The notes: generated by a model from the letters alone, not told the origin. 64,000 bases of DNA from an uncultured Candidatus Saccharibacteria bacterium (GCA_964634365.1 CAZWJU010000001.1:21858-85857), one strand, 5' to 3'. Shown: positions 17,219 to 27,905, numbered from the stretch's first letter. Made by a program: numbers and translations.

Positions 17219-17632
17219 TTGAAAAAATATGATTACCGAATCATGGATTCTCATATTTTTGAATGGTTTGAACATGAGAACAAGAGAATCTTCATTACAG
17301 AAAAGGAAACTGTACCTATCGCACATGCAGTGTATAGATTTGGCATAGAAGAGGTGGTAAGAATTTACTCTGGAGAGCAATACCTTAAGGCGAGAAATGA
17401 TCCAGAATTTACCAATACGCAACAACTTGTCGCTATAAAGTCATGGCAAAATCTTGGGTTTGTTCATGAACTAACCTGTGGAGATGATACTCACTTGGAT
17501 CAGGGGGCTCGTCCTGTATTGGAGGGGATAGAAAAAGATGGAAAAGTTTTTCTCATTTGTCCAAAATGCGGGTATCTTCAAGAAAGAGTTCCTTATATGG
17601 TTTTCGCTATGTATTTAGTAAACCGTAGATAA
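17219..17632 (+). CDS. hypothetical protein with C-terminal CxxC (zinc-ribbon-like) motif
   Basis: 137 aa. LICPKCGY near the C-terminus. 7-nt gap to the upstream ORF. Confidence 0.35.
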   Translation: MKKYDYRIMDSHIFEWFEHENKRIFITEKETVPIAHAVYRFGIEEVVRIYSGEQYLKARNDPEFTNTQQLVAIKSWQNLGFVHELTCGDDTHLDQGARPVLEGIEKDGKVFLICPKCGYLQERVPYMVFAMYLVNRR

Positions 17633-17690
17633 TTTGCGACGGTTTTACTTTTTTTGAGTTATTTGTTAGAAATAGCTTAAATAAGTAAAT

Positions 17691-18302
17691 ATGAATATAT
17701 ATATTGCAAGACATGGCGAAAATGAAGACAACGCAAATGGAATTCTAAATGGACACCGAGACCTACCTCTAACTTTGAAAGGGTATGATCAGGCGAGGTT
17801 TTTAGGGGATAAGATTAAAGAAACTGGAATTGTTTTTAACAAAATCTATTCATCTCCTTTAACTAGGGCAGCTGAGACTGCAATTATTGTTGCTAGGAAG
17901 ATTGGGATTTCAAATCTAGAATATCACGAAGCTCTGATTGAAAGAGATTTTGGAGTCATGACTGGTCTTAAGGTTAGCCAGATTGAAGAGGTATGTGGCG
18001 ATAGGGTTATTAAAGCAGAACACATTACATATTTCCTCGATCCACCGGAAGCTGAAACATTTTTGGATTTACTTGCTCGTGCAAATAAATTTCTACTAGA
18101 ACTTGAAGCCAATCATGCAGACAATGAAAACATACTTCTTGTTTGTCACGGCGATATTGGCAAGATGATATATGCAGATTTCTATGGATTAGAATGGAGG
18201 GATGTGCTTGTGAATTTCCATTTTGGTAACTGTGATCTGCTTTTGGTATCTAGGGATTCTCCGAAAGAAGATGCGCATGTTTTTGAATTTAAAAATATAT
18301 AA
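17691..18302 (+). CDS. histidine phosphatase family protein (phosphoglycerate-mutase-like)
   Basis: 203 aa. N-terminal RHGE catalytic motif (IYIARHGENEDN). Conserved His in VCHGD. Confidence 0.7.
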   Translation: MNIYIARHGENEDNANGILNGHRDLPLTLKGYDQARFLGDKIKETGIVFNKIYSSPLTRAAETAIIVARKIGISNLEYHEALIERDFGVMTGLKVSQIEEVCGDRVIKAEHITYFLDPPEAETFLDLLARANKFLLELEANHADNENILLVCHGDIGKMIYADFYGLEWRDVLVNFHFGNCDLLLVSRDSPKEDAHVFEFKNI

Positions 18303-18399
18303 CGAAAAAACCTCATAAAATTGTGAGGTTTTTATTTTTGACAAAAATTTTAAAAAGTGTATAAATATATTCATTAAGTTCATCAAAAAAAAAAATAGA

Positions 18400-18771
18400 A
18401 TGACTGAAAAAGAAATAGTAGATTTGTTTGCGAAAATAGAACAGTTTACTTTGGTATTCTGGATTGCTTGCAGTATCGTAATGACCTTTTTACCCAGGAG
18501 GGTAGAATCTAAATCAGTAGAGACAGATAATAAAACCTCTGAAGAGGAGGAGTATCAAAAATATTTGATATCCCATGTGCGATTAAAAAGAATAAAGTTT
18601 TCTTTTATTTTAGTGGTAGTGACCCTTGTTGTGGTCCTTGCTAGATATTTCGTAGAAAAAATATACGGCGACGGAGGAGATGTTATTTTTGTTTTATTAC
18701 TATTGCTTGTTACATGGAGTGATCATCACGCGTATAGAAAGCTGAAAAAAGCTTTAAGCGAGCAGAAATAA
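18400..18771 (+). CDS. hypothetical membrane protein
   Basis: 123 aa with two predicted TM helices. Terminator at 18772-18805. Confidence 0.35.
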   Translation: MTEKEIVDLFAKIEQFTLVFWIACSIVMTFLPRRVESKSVETDNKTSEEEEYQKYLISHVRLKRIKFSFILVVVTLVVVLARYFVEKIYGDGGDVIFVLLLLLVTWSDHHAYRKLKKALSEQK

Positions 18772-18847
18772 AAAAAGAGCGATAATATCGCTCTTTTACT
18801 TTTTTAGTTTATCTGGACGGTGGTTAGGACACTTATTATTACTACGG

Positions 18848-18965
18848 CGTTTAGGGATTGTTTTCGGTCACGAGCAATAATTCTTCGTCAAGAATTATTG
18901 CTCGTGACCCCGACTCGCGGTTTTGCGTGCTCGCAAAACATCGCTCCGTCTCACCAAAACCAGTT
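18848..18965. repeat. diverged copy (B) of the miniature element family: perfect 20-bp hairpin GGTCACGAGCAATAATTCTT-CGTCA-AAGAATTATTGCTCGTGACC followed by CCGACTCG...
   Basis: Shares the terminal hairpin and the CCGACTCG junction with the copies at 6.2 and 31.4 kb. The downstream core is diverged (GGTTTTGCGTGCTCGCAAAAC...CGCTCCGTCTCACC). Confidence 0.45.
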
Positions 18966-18994
18966 CGCACACAATGAAGATTGTGTGCTTGTGG

Positions 18995-21214
18995 TTATTT
19001 ATTGAGTTTATGAGGATTGTGATTCGGACAAGCTTTGTTGCTGCATCTTTCGGGAATGGTTTTGGTGCCTTCCATCATAAGGCTTCCACACATATCACAG
19101 ATTCGTCCCGTCGGCTTTGCTTTGATTGCATTTTTACAATCTGGATAGTTTGAACAAGAATAAAATATTCCAAATCTTCCACGGCGCTCCATCATTTCAC
19201 CTTTTTTACAAACAGGACACTCTACGCCAGTCATTTTCTTTTTCTTTTCTTCTTCGTCTTCTTTTATAAATTTACATTTTGGATAACGAGAGCAAGATAT
19301 AAACATTCCGAATCTTCCTTCGCGTATTACAAGTTTTCCACCTCCGGATTTAGTAAGTTCTTTTTGTTTTCCGTCTTTGTCTATTCCGCATAGTGGGCAA
19401 GGTTCGCCAATTTCTTTTGGCCCCTCCATAATCTTGCCGTCTATTGTGCGTCCACCCATACAATTTGGAAAATCTACACAAGATAAAAACTTTCCATTTT
19501 TACCAAGTTTTATGTACATTTCTTTGCCACACACAGGGCAAGGAAATTCTTTTGGTCCAGAACCTAGGTTTGTTATCTTTTCTATTTTGTCTTTTGACTT
19601 TACGTCTTTTAGAAAAGGTCCATAAAAGTCTTTTAGAGTTTTTACATATTCTCTTTTTCCGTTTGCAATATCGTCTAGTTCATCTTCCATCTCAGCCGTA
19701 AAAGTGTCAGAGATATATTGCATAAAATTATTTTCCAAGAAAGTTGATACAACATCGCCTGTGTCAGTAGGGAAAAGAGTCCTGCCTTCTTTTGTGACAT
19801 ACCCACGCTCTTCTATAGTGCGCATAATAGATGCATATGTAGATGGGCGTCCGATCCCTCGAGCTTCGAGTTCTTTGACTAGTCCAGCTTCTGTATAGCG
19901 AGATGGGGGTTGGGTTTCTTTTTCAGTACTTCGTAAATCTACAAGTGTAAGTGTTTCTCCGATGGAAACCTTTGGTAGCTCAACATCTTCTCCACGAGCG
20001 TCTACATCCACAGTAAGCCAACCAGGGAATATTACACGTGATCCATTGGCAGTAAAATCTGGTATATCACTATCTATGTTTGCAGTAATCTTTGTGCGCA
20101 GCACTTTTGCATCTACCATTTGTGATGAAACTGCTCTTTCCCAGATTAGACGGTAAAGTTTTTGTTGTTCATCGGTTACACCGCCACGCATATTTTCAAC
20201 ATGGGTTGGACGGATTGCTTCATGAGCTTCTTGGGCATTTTTAGATTTTGTTTTGTAGGTGTGCGCTTCAGCATACTCTTTGCCGTATTTTTTAGCGATA
20301 AGAGCTAGTATTTGACTTTGAGCTTGTTTACTTAGATTGGTTGAGTCGGTACGCATATATGATATGTGTCCAGCTTCATAAAGCTTCTGTGCAATTTGCA
20401 TAGTTCGAGATGGAGAAAATCCAAGTCTAGTCGATGCAACTTGTTGAAGTGTTGAGGTAGTAAAAGGTGCGCGGGCTGATCTCTTTTGCTCGGTTTCTTT
20501 TATATCTGTAACTTTCCACGTACCTTTTTTACCTTCAGCAAGAATTTTGTTTACGATTTTTTCGTCACGAGGCTCTTCGGTGCAAGATAGCGTAAGAGAA
20601 TATTTTTTTGTAGTTTTAAAATCCCCATCTATAACCCAAAACTTTTCAGGTATAAATGCTCTGATTTCTCGTTCGCGTTCCATAATAATTCGAAGTGCAG
20701 GGGATTGAACTCGGCCAGCTGAAAGTCCATAGCGTACTTTTTTCCATATTAGTCCTGATAGGTCATAGCCTACTAGTCTGTCCAAAACTCTGCGAGCTTC
20801 CTGAGCTTTTACTAGTTTTTCATCTATGTCACGTGGATTTTTCAAAGCTTCTTCGATAGCCTCTTTTGTAATCTCGTTGAAGGCGACACGCTTGATTTCG
20901 CTTTTAACTTTTTTATCGTCGTCTAGTATTTGCTTTATATGCCAAGAAATAGCCTCACCTTCGCGGTCCGGGTCAGTTGCGAGTATTATAGAATCGGCTT
21001 TGTGTGCGAGAGTTTTTAGTTCGCTTATAACTTTTTCTTTACCGGCAGAATTTTCATAGTGAGGTACGAAACCCGCTTCTATATCTATAGCTTTTTTGTT
21101 TGATTTTGGGAGATCACGAATATGACCAACAGACGCGCGAACAGTATACTTGCCGTCCAAGTATTTTTCGATAGTCTTTGCTTTTGATGGTGATTCGACG
21201 ATTAGAAGTTTCAT
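18995..21214 (-). CDS. topA: DNA topoisomerase I
   Basis: 739 aa. Toprim N-terminus (ESPSKAKTI). Active-site Tyr region. Multiple C-terminal C4 zinc ribbons (CPxCGxxM...C). Confidence 0.85.
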   Translation of the reverse strand: MKLLIVESPSKAKTIEKYLDGKYTVRASVGHIRDLPKSNKKAIDIEAGFVPHYENSAGKEKVISELKTLAHKADSIILATDPDREGEAISWHIKQILDDDKKVKSEIKRVAFNEITKEAIEEALKNPRDIDEKLVKAQEARRVLDRLVGYDLSGLIWKKVRYGLSAGRVQSPALRIIMEREREIRAFIPEKFWVIDGDFKTTKKYSLTLSCTEEPRDEKIVNKILAEGKKGTWKVTDIKETEQKRSARAPFTTSTLQQVASTRLGFSPSRTMQIAQKLYEAGHISYMRTDSTNLSKQAQSQILALIAKKYGKEYAEAHTYKTKSKNAQEAHEAIRPTHVENMRGGVTDEQQKLYRLIWERAVSSQMVDAKVLRTKITANIDSDIPDFTANGSRVIFPGWLTVDVDARGEDVELPKVSIGETLTLVDLRSTEKETQPPSRYTEAGLVKELEARGIGRPSTYASIMRTIEERGYVTKEGRTLFPTDTGDVVSTFLENNFMQYISDTFTAEMEDELDDIANGKREYVKTLKDFYGPFLKDVKSKDKIEKITNLGSGPKEFPCPVCGKEMYIKLGKNGKFLSCVDFPNCMGGRTIDGKIMEGPKEIGEPCPLCGIDKDGKQKELTKSGGGKLVIREGRFGMFISCSRYPKCKFIKEDEEEKKKKMTGVECPVCKKGEMMERRGRFGIFYSCSNYPDCKNAIKAKPTGRICDMCGSLMMEGTKTIPERCSNKACPNHNPHKLNK

Positions 21215-21299
21215 ATTTTTATTGCCCGTAAATTAAATATATATAGGCATGTTGCTAAATTAGTACCACTAATCAATTTTTTTAGCAAATTTTATTTTT

Positions 21300-22157
21300 T
21301 TAGACACGTCTGATTTCTCCCATTTCTTCTTTTATCAAACCTTTGATCTCAAGCACTGAAAGTATGGAATTTGTCTCAGTTATCGGCCTACCTACAGTTC
21401 GCAGTATTTCGTCACGACTCCTAGGCTCGCCTAGTAGTTCAAGTATTTTTTGTTCATCTTCTGAACAGTTTTCTATCTCACGATTTACATCTTTGTTTTC
21501 AGCAGAAAAGCCCAATGCTTCCAGTAGATCATTTTGACTTGTTATGGGTATTGCACCTAGTCTGATTAGGGAGTTTGTTCCTTTTGATACAGGAGAAAAT
21601 ATAGAACCTGGGACAGCCAATACATCTCTATTGTATTCGGTGGCAAGGCGGGCGGTTATGCGTGTTCCAGATTTATCTTCGGCTTCTATTATTAGAACTG
21701 CTTTTGATATGCCAGCCATAAGACGATTGCGACGAGGGAAGGTCCATATTGCCGCTGGTTGCTCTGGTTCAAATTCAGATATAAGGCAACCGCCTCTAGA
21801 GACGATACTATCGGCTAAACCTCTGTTTGAATATGGATAAAGATTTTTGTTTGATAGTCCTGAGCCTGGGAATGCTACCGTCTTTAGACCTGTTTCTAGT
21901 GCAGTCTTGTGTGCGATTGTGTCCATACCAAGTGCAAGACCAGAAACTATTACAACAGGATATCCTCGGAGTCCTCTTATGAGCATTTCACATACGTCGC
22001 GTCCATAGCTTGTGTATTTACGAGATCCTACAACTGTCATATATATAGAGCCGGTTGGAGGAAGTTTGCCTTTAATATAGATTTTTTTAGGAGGATCTGG
22101 TATTTCCTTTAGACCAAAAGGAAAGTCTTCTTTTTTAAGCTCTTCTATATTATCCAT
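21300..22157 (-). CDS. dprA: DNA processing protein DprA/Smf
   Basis: Rossmann-like DprA core (SGLALGMDTIAHKTAL, GGTxxVLxxG). Start moved to the internal MDNIEELKK, since the ORF-track N-terminal extension is a non-conserved hydrophobic leader. Confidence 0.75.
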   Translation of the reverse strand: MDNIEELKKEDFPFGLKEIPDPPKKIYIKGKLPPTGSIYMTVVGSRKYTSYGRDVCEMLIRGLRGYPVVIVSGLALGMDTIAHKTALETGLKTVAFPGSGLSNKNLYPYSNRGLADSIVSRGGCLISEFEPEQPAAIWTFPRRNRLMAGISKAVLIIEAEDKSGTRITARLATEYNRDVLAVPGSIFSPVSKGTNSLIRLGAIPITSQNDLLEALGFSAENKDVNREIENCSEDEQKILELLGEPRSRDEILRTVGRPITETNSILSVLEIKGLIKEEMGEIRRV

Positions 22158-22209
22158 ATATTTGCATACTTTTCGTATTCTTATACAATTATAGAAAAGT
22201 ATAATCGAA

Positions 22210-22521
22210 ATGGTAAAGAAAATAAATGTCTTACCTCTACCCAATAAAAAGCTTGAGAGAATAAAAGAAACTGATATTGTTGATTTTGTCGATAAAAAAG
22301 GCTGGGTAAGTTTTTTAATCGATATAGAATTTGAAGATGGCAGGCTCATCCAAGAAAAGACTTCTGTGCCTCTGAATTCTGAAACAGAATTAACACCAGC
22401 GTATTATTTTACAGTAGGCGTTCAGATGCTCGCTTCTATAATCGGTGCCGAGTACAGCTTTGTTCACCACAAGAAAGATTTTATTAAATTGGGGAACATA
22501 CAAGAGGACTATGAAAATTAA
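22210..22521 (+). CDS. hypothetical protein
   Basis: 103-aa ORF. Confidence 0.35.
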   Translation: MVKKINVLPLPNKKLERIKETDIVDFVDKKGWVSFLIDIEFEDGRLIQEKTSVPLNSETELTPAYYFTVGVQMLASIIGAEYSFVHHKKDFIKLGNIQEDYEN

Positions 22522-22568
22522 AGCTCTAAAAGATGGAGCTTTTTTATTTTTGAATATTTTGTTATAGT

Positions 22569-23888
22569 TTGAAAATGCTAGATATAAAGTTTATCCGCGA
22601 AAATCAAGATATTGTCAAACAATCTATTTTAAAAAAGAGGGCTTCTGTTGATATAGACGCGCTTCTTTCTCTAGACGACAGGAGACTTGAGCTATCTAAA
22701 ATATGTGAAAGTTTGCGTGCAGAACAAAATCTTGCTTCAAGGCAAATCGCTGTAGAGCGCGATGAAAACAAGCGTACTCAGATGATTTCAGAAATGAAAT
22801 TGATTAAGGATGATTTTGAAAAAAACGAGACTGAACTGAGAGAGGTTATGGAATCTTGGCAGAAGATAATGCTAACGATTCCGAATATTCCTTCTGTTGA
22901 TACACCCGAAGGTGAAGACGATAGTAAAAATATAGTAATAAAAGAATGGGGAACTAAAACAGAATTTTCATTTACACCAAAAGAGCATTTTGAAATTGGA
23001 AAGGCTCTCGGTCTTATAGATACTGAGACTGCAACTGAGGTGGCTTCGTCTAGATTTGCATATTTGAAGGGTGATCTTGTGTTGATGCAATTTGCTCTGA
23101 TACAGATGTGTTACGAGATGCTTTGCAATAAAGAGACTCTAGAAGGTATTGCAAAAAATGCAAATATTTCTATTCCTGTGGATACTTTTACTCCAGTTAT
23201 CCCGCCGGTTTTTGTTAGACCCGTAGCGCAAGTTAAGATGGCTCGTTTTATGGGTGCGGAAAATCATTATATGTTTCCTGAAGATGATCTCATGCTCATA
23301 GGTTCTGCTGAACATACGCTCGGCACAATGTATATGGATAAGATAATAGACGAGCGTGACCTGCCCATAAGACTCGCTGGGTATTCAACTGCTTTTAGAC
23401 GTGAAGCGGGTACATACGGAAAAGATACAAACGGAATCTTGCGCCAACACCAATTTGATAAATTAGAAATGGAAGTTTTTTCTCTACCAGAAAACTCAAT
23501 GCAAGAACAAAACTTCTTGGTTGCGATCCAAGAGCATATTTTGCAAAGTTTAAATATTCCTTATCAGGTTTTATCTGTGTGTACAGGCGATATGGGATTT
23601 CCGGATTATCGACAGATAGATATAAACTCTTGGATGCCAGGACAAAATAAATATCGCGAAACTCACAGTGCTGACCTAACAGGAAACTTTCAATCTAGAA
23701 GATTGAATACTCGAGTTAGACGCGCAGACGGAAAAATAGAGCCAGTACATATGAACGACGCAACTGCTATTGCAATAGGGCGTACACTTATAGCAATAAT
23801 TGAAAACTACCAGCAAGAAGATGGTTCTATAAAAGTTCCCGAAGTATTAAAGAAATATTTAGGCGGAAGAGAGTTTATTGGAAAATAA
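22569..23888 (+). CDS. serS: seryl-tRNA synthetase
   Basis: 439 aa. N-terminal coiled-coil tRNA-binding arm. Class II motifs 2 and 3 (FRREAGTYGKDTNGILRQHQF, GRTLIAIIENYQ). Confidence 0.85.
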   Translation: MKMLDIKFIRENQDIVKQSILKKRASVDIDALLSLDDRRLELSKICESLRAEQNLASRQIAVERDENKRTQMISEMKLIKDDFEKNETELREVMESWQKIMLTIPNIPSVDTPEGEDDSKNIVIKEWGTKTEFSFTPKEHFEIGKALGLIDTETATEVASSRFAYLKGDLVLMQFALIQMCYEMLCNKETLEGIAKNANISIPVDTFTPVIPPVFVRPVAQVKMARFMGAENHYMFPEDDLMLIGSAEHTLGTMYMDKIIDERDLPIRLAGYSTAFRREAGTYGKDTNGILRQHQFDKLEMEVFSLPENSMQEQNFLVAIQEHILQSLNIPYQVLSVCTGDMGFPDYRQIDINSWMPGQNKYRETHSADLTGNFQSRRLNTRVRRADGKIEPVHMNDATAIAIGRTLIAIIENYQQEDGSIKVPEVLKKYLGGREFIGK

Positions 23889-23903
23889 TAAAATTGTTTT
23901 TTC

Positions 23904-24797
23904 ATGGATAGCAAAAGAGTCGTATTAAAACCGTCTCATATAGCCGAACGTGAAAGGAAGGCTAAAAAACGCCGTCTGTATTTTTTATTTGCCACTGTAG
24001 TAGTATTTTTAAGCATCCTGTCTTTCGTATCTCACTTGCGTTCAATAAATATATCGAACGTTATAGTAGAAGGTAATCGTATAAGTAGTGTTCGAGATAT
24101 AACAAAATCTGTAAATAAAACAATAGAAGGCAATTATCTTTTTATATTTTCTAAATCAAATATTTTTATATTTTCGAAATCAAGTATAGAGAAAAATCTG
24201 TTGTATGAATTTCCTAGACTCGAATCAGTCTCAGTATCGAGACTTGGTTTTAATGGTATCAAGGTAGAAATAAAGGAGCGCGAAGGTCAGTATCTGTGGT
24301 GCGGATATTTGGAAGAAGATTTAAATATAAATTCTGAATCAACTTGCTATTTTACCGATGGGGAGGGTTATATTTTTGGCACGTCGCCATATTTTTCTGG
24401 TAATGCGTATTTTAAGTTTTATGGATCTGAAACTATGGATCGTACAAACAGTCCGGTTGGTCAAAATTTGGTTGCAAAAGAGCGCTTTATAGAACTTCTC
24501 CGGGTAGTTTATGGTCTTGAAAGACTGGGGATAATTTCTGAATCTATAAGAATACGAGACAATGGCGAGTATCATGTATTTTTAGAAAAAACAGCCAATA
24601 ATCAAGATTTTAAACCTTTTATTATTTTGTCTAAAGACAATGTCCTGGAGGAGTCTTTGGATAATCTTGCGGTGGCTTTTTCATCTGTAGATTTCAAAAA
24701 ACAATTTGACGAACAGCGTGACAGCCTGTTATACATAGACTTACGTTTCAAAGACAAGGTGTATTATAAGTTTGCACCTAGGACAGCAAATTTTTAA
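23904..24797 (+). CDS. FtsQ/DivIB-like cell division protein (TM + POTRA-like domain)
   Basis: 297 aa. N-terminal basic segment and TM helix. INISNVIVEGNRISSVRDI ... FPRLESVSVSRLGFNGIKVEIKER matches the FtsQ POTRA pattern. Confidence 0.5.
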   Translation: MDSKRVVLKPSHIAERERKAKKRRLYFLFATVVVFLSILSFVSHLRSINISNVIVEGNRISSVRDITKSVNKTIEGNYLFIFSKSNIFIFSKSSIEKNLLYEFPRLESVSVSRLGFNGIKVEIKEREGQYLWCGYLEEDLNINSESTCYFTDGEGYIFGTSPYFSGNAYFKFYGSETMDRTNSPVGQNLVAKERFIELLRVVYGLERLGIISESIRIRDNGEYHVFLEKTANNQDFKPFIILSKDNVLEESLDNLAVAFSSVDFKKQFDEQRDSLLYIDLRFKDKVYYKFAPRTANF

Positions 24798-25826
24798 ATG
24801 AAAGATAAAAGTATTAAAAATCCAGAAAACTTTTGGAAGGGTTTAAAAAAGCCCTTTTTTTGTCTTGCGCCGATGGCTGATGTAACAGATATTGCATTTA
24901 GAACAATAATCTCTAAATACAGTAGGCATGGAGAGAGTGGCGGAGGTCCTGATGTGTTTTGGACAGAGTTTGTTTCTGCAGATGGTCTCATGAGCGAAGG
25001 CAGAGATGCTTTGAAGATAGATTTAAAGTATGGTGAAAGAGAGCATCCAATAGTCGCACAAATATTTGGATCAAATTTGAAAAATATGCGTGACACAGCG
25101 AAGCTTTGTGCAGACTTGGGTTTTGATGGTGTTGATATAAACATGGGCTGCCCAGATAAATCCATAGAAAAACAAGGAGCTGGTGCTAGTCATATAAAAA
25201 ATCCTGATCATGCAGTACTAGTAATACGAGCAGTAAAAGAAGGAATAAAAGACAGTGGGAGAGATATTCCAGTATCGGTTAAAACTAGAATTGGTTATAA
25301 CAAAAATAATATATCCGAATGGATCCCGAAACTTTTAGGCGAGAATCTAGCGGCACTTACAATACACGCAAGAACTAGAAAAGAGATGTCACTTGTCCCA
25401 GCACGGTGGGAGCATGTTCGTGAGGTTGTCGAGATTAGAGACAGGATGGGTGTCGACACACTAATCATAGGCAATGGAGATTTGAAAAACTTAGATGATG
25501 CAAAAGAAAAAGTTAGCACCTCGCACGCAGATGGTGCGATGCTCGGCAGGGCTATATTTGGAAATCCGTGGCTTTTTGATTCAAACAAGAAAGAGGTTTC
25601 TTTGAGAGAAAAATTGGAAGTCATGTGTGAACACACAGAGCTTTTTGAGCGAGAGCTCGGCGAGTTCAAAAATTTTGCAATTATGAAAAAGCACTACAAA
25701 GCTTATGTTAACGGTTTTGATGGAGCAAAAGAGCTTCGTGTTAGACTTATGGAAGATGCTTCTACCGCAAAAGAGGTAAGGCAGATTGTGGAAAACTTCC
25801 TTGCAGGCTATACAGATCTGCTATAA
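24798..25826 (+). CDS. dus: tRNA-dihydrouridine synthase
   Basis: 342 aa. LAPMADVTDIAFR FMN-binding N-terminus. TIM-barrel Dus family. Confidence 0.8.
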   Translation: MKDKSIKNPENFWKGLKKPFFCLAPMADVTDIAFRTIISKYSRHGESGGGPDVFWTEFVSADGLMSEGRDALKIDLKYGEREHPIVAQIFGSNLKNMRDTAKLCADLGFDGVDINMGCPDKSIEKQGAGASHIKNPDHAVLVIRAVKEGIKDSGRDIPVSVKTRIGYNKNNISEWIPKLLGENLAALTIHARTRKEMSLVPARWEHVREVVEIRDRMGVDTLIIGNGDLKNLDDAKEKVSTSHADGAMLGRAIFGNPWLFDSNKKEVSLREKLEVMCEHTELFERELGEFKNFAIMKKHYKAYVNGFDGAKELRVRLMEDASTAKEVRQIVENFLAGYTDLL

Positions 25827-25936
25827 TAGAAACCAATGTGCAATAGATTATTCAAAAATGTTTTTTGTCGACCGTTTTTGGATTTTCGCAAAAACACCTC
25901 TGAAATTTTCAGAGGTGTTTTTGTTTTATAAATTTA

Positions 25937-26785
25937 TTGGAAATTAATATGGTGAAAAATCATAGTGGTATCGAAGATACCAAAAGTTTTAGTGCGGTCA
26001 TAAACAAGCTCAGGGCATTTTTTCTGAGCAAGGGTTTTTTAGAAGTGCACACTCAAGATAGGTTGTCGATTCTTGCTGCTTGTGAAGATCCTTCTACTGT
26101 TGCGACCTACAATTATCTTGGGTCTCTGTGGCCATTGCCACAAACAGGTCAAATGTGGCTTGAATATGAATTGTTAAAGAACCCCGATGTTACGGGGTAT
26201 TTTTGTGTCTCAACTAGTTTTCGGAACGAACAGAATCCAGTAGAAGGTAGGCATAAGTTTATTTTTCCAATGTTTGAATTTGAATCAAAGGGTAATATAG
26301 GGAATTTACTAGATATGGAAAAAGAATTGTTGGAATATTTGGGATTTAACAAAGATAGATTAGTAGAAAAAACATACGATGAGCTAGCAGAAAAATACAA
26401 AGTAGATGAATTGTCTTGGCGAGAAGAAAATAAAATGTACGAGGATCTAAGTCCTAGTGTGTTTATAAAAAATTTTCCAGTTCGCACCTCACCTTTTTGG
26501 AACATGAAGAAAGAAGGGGATTATGCGAGAAAAATTGATTGTATTATCTCAGGGCATGAAACTATTGGCTCAGCTGAGCGTAGTTCGGATGTAGACGAGA
26601 TGCGCAAACAGTTTCATTCGATAAGTGACGGTAAATATGCAGGCAAACTATATGAGCTTTTTGGTAAAGATAGAGTGGAGGCAGAGCTCGAAGAATTCTT
26701 GTCCCTAGATTTCTTCCCAAGATTTGGGGGAGGTATAGGTATAAGTAGACTTATTGATGGTATGAAAAAGGAGGGCTTGCTATAG
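25937..26785 (+). CDS. AsnA-like aspartate-ammonia ligase / class II aaRS-like catalytic core protein
   Basis: 282 aa. The C-terminal GGGIGISRL matches the AsnA GGGIGQSRL motif. Class II-like core (FEFE..G). Terminator at 26795-26826. Confidence 0.5.
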   Translation: MEINMVKNHSGIEDTKSFSAVINKLRAFFLSKGFLEVHTQDRLSILAACEDPSTVATYNYLGSLWPLPQTGQMWLEYELLKNPDVTGYFCVSTSFRNEQNPVEGRHKFIFPMFEFESKGNIGNLLDMEKELLEYLGFNKDRLVEKTYDELAEKYKVDELSWREENKMYEDLSPSVFIKNFPVRTSPFWNMKKEGDYARKIDCIISGHETIGSAERSSDVDEMRKQFHSISDGKYAGKLYELFGKDRVEAELEEFLSLDFFPRFGGGIGISRLIDGMKKEGLL

Positions 26786-26813
26786 ATATGATTTTCTTTA
26801 CAAAAACCCGAGG

Positions 26814-27902
26814 ATGTTATCTCGGGTTTTTGTTTTGTCTAGATATGGGTGCTATAATCTCGGGGTGAATAAAGAACACGTATCTCTATATAGAAAATAC
26901 AGACCACAAACTTTCAACGATGTTGTGGGACAAGATCATATTGTTAAGGTTTTGGAGTCTAGTATAAAAGATGGAAAGATTGCCCATGCGTATCTTTTTG
27001 CTGGTTCTAGAGGAACGGGAAAGACTTCTATTGCTAGAATCATGGCGACAGCCTTAGGTGTTAGCGACAAGGATTTTTATGAGATAGATGCAGCTAGTAA
27101 CAATAGTGTTGCAGATATTCGCGAGCTTCGTGAGGGTGTAAGCACTCTACCTTTTGATTCAAAATATAAAATCTATGTACTCGATGAAGTCCATATGCTC
27201 TCCAAAGGTGCTTTCAATGCGCTTTTAAAAACTCTAGAAGAACCACCAGCACATTGTATTTTTATACTAGCAACAACAGAACTCGATAAAGTTCCTGAAA
27301 CTATAATCTCAAGATGTCAGACTTTTAACTTTAAAAAACCAAATGAAGTTGTCTTGGCTTCTGTAGTAAGAGATGTAGTTAAAAAAGAGGGTTTCGCAAT
27401 ACCAGAAGAGAGTATTGAGCTCGTGTCAATTTTAGGTGAAGGATCTTTTCGTGATACTTTGGGAATACTACAGAAAATTTTATCATCTTCAAATAACAAG
27501 AAAATAACCTCCGAGGAGATTGAGTCTATAACAGGAGCTCCTGGTTCAGTTTTGGTCAATGACTTTCTATCTTCTTTAGCAGAGAAAAATATAGTTTCTG
27601 GTATTTCGGTTCTGGCTACTATAAACGAACGAAACATAGATCCTAAATTGTATTTGAATTTAGTTTTGATAAAATTACGTTATGCTCTAATGCTACGCTA
27701 CGCTCCAGATATGAGATCTAGTATACTGGAACATGTTAGCTCTAAAGACCTAGAATTTTTAGAAGACTTAGTAGCTAGGAAACCGGATACCATAACTTCA
27801 CATACATTAGAGATACTCTTGGATACTTACCAGAAATTAAGAAATTCTGTTATACCAAGTTTACCCATAGAAATTGCTTTGATTGATATATGCGATAGGT
27901 AA
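26814..27902 (+). CDS. dnaX: DNA polymerase III subunit gamma/tau (short form)
   Basis: 362 aa. YRKYRPQTF...GQDHIV...HAYLFAGSRGTGKTS Walker A. DEVHML Walker B. SRCQ sensor. The start could instead be GTG at 26865, next to a TATAAT at 26853-26858. Confidence 0.7.
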   Translation: MLSRVFVLSRYGCYNLGVNKEHVSLYRKYRPQTFNDVVGQDHIVKVLESSIKDGKIAHAYLFAGSRGTGKTSIARIMATALGVSDKDFYEIDAASNNSVADIRELREGVSTLPFDSKYKIYVLDEVHMLSKGAFNALLKTLEEPPAHCIFILATTELDKVPETIISRCQTFNFKKPNEVVLASVVRDVVKKEGFAIPEESIELVSILGEGSFRDTLGILQKILSSSNNKKITSEEIESITGAPGSVLVNDFLSSLAEKNIVSGISVLATINERNIDPKLYLNLVLIKLRYALMLRYAPDMRSSILEHVSSKDLEFLEDLVARKPDTITSHTLEILLDTYQKLRNSVIPSLPIEIALIDICDR

Positions 27903-27905
27903 TAT

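Noticed and set aside
25937-26785. Calling this gene a genuine aminoacyl-tRNA synthetase
   Set aside because: There is no anticodon-binding domain. The C-terminal GGGIGISRL matches AsnA (an aaRS-like amidoligase) rather than an aaRS, so it was kept as AsnA-like.
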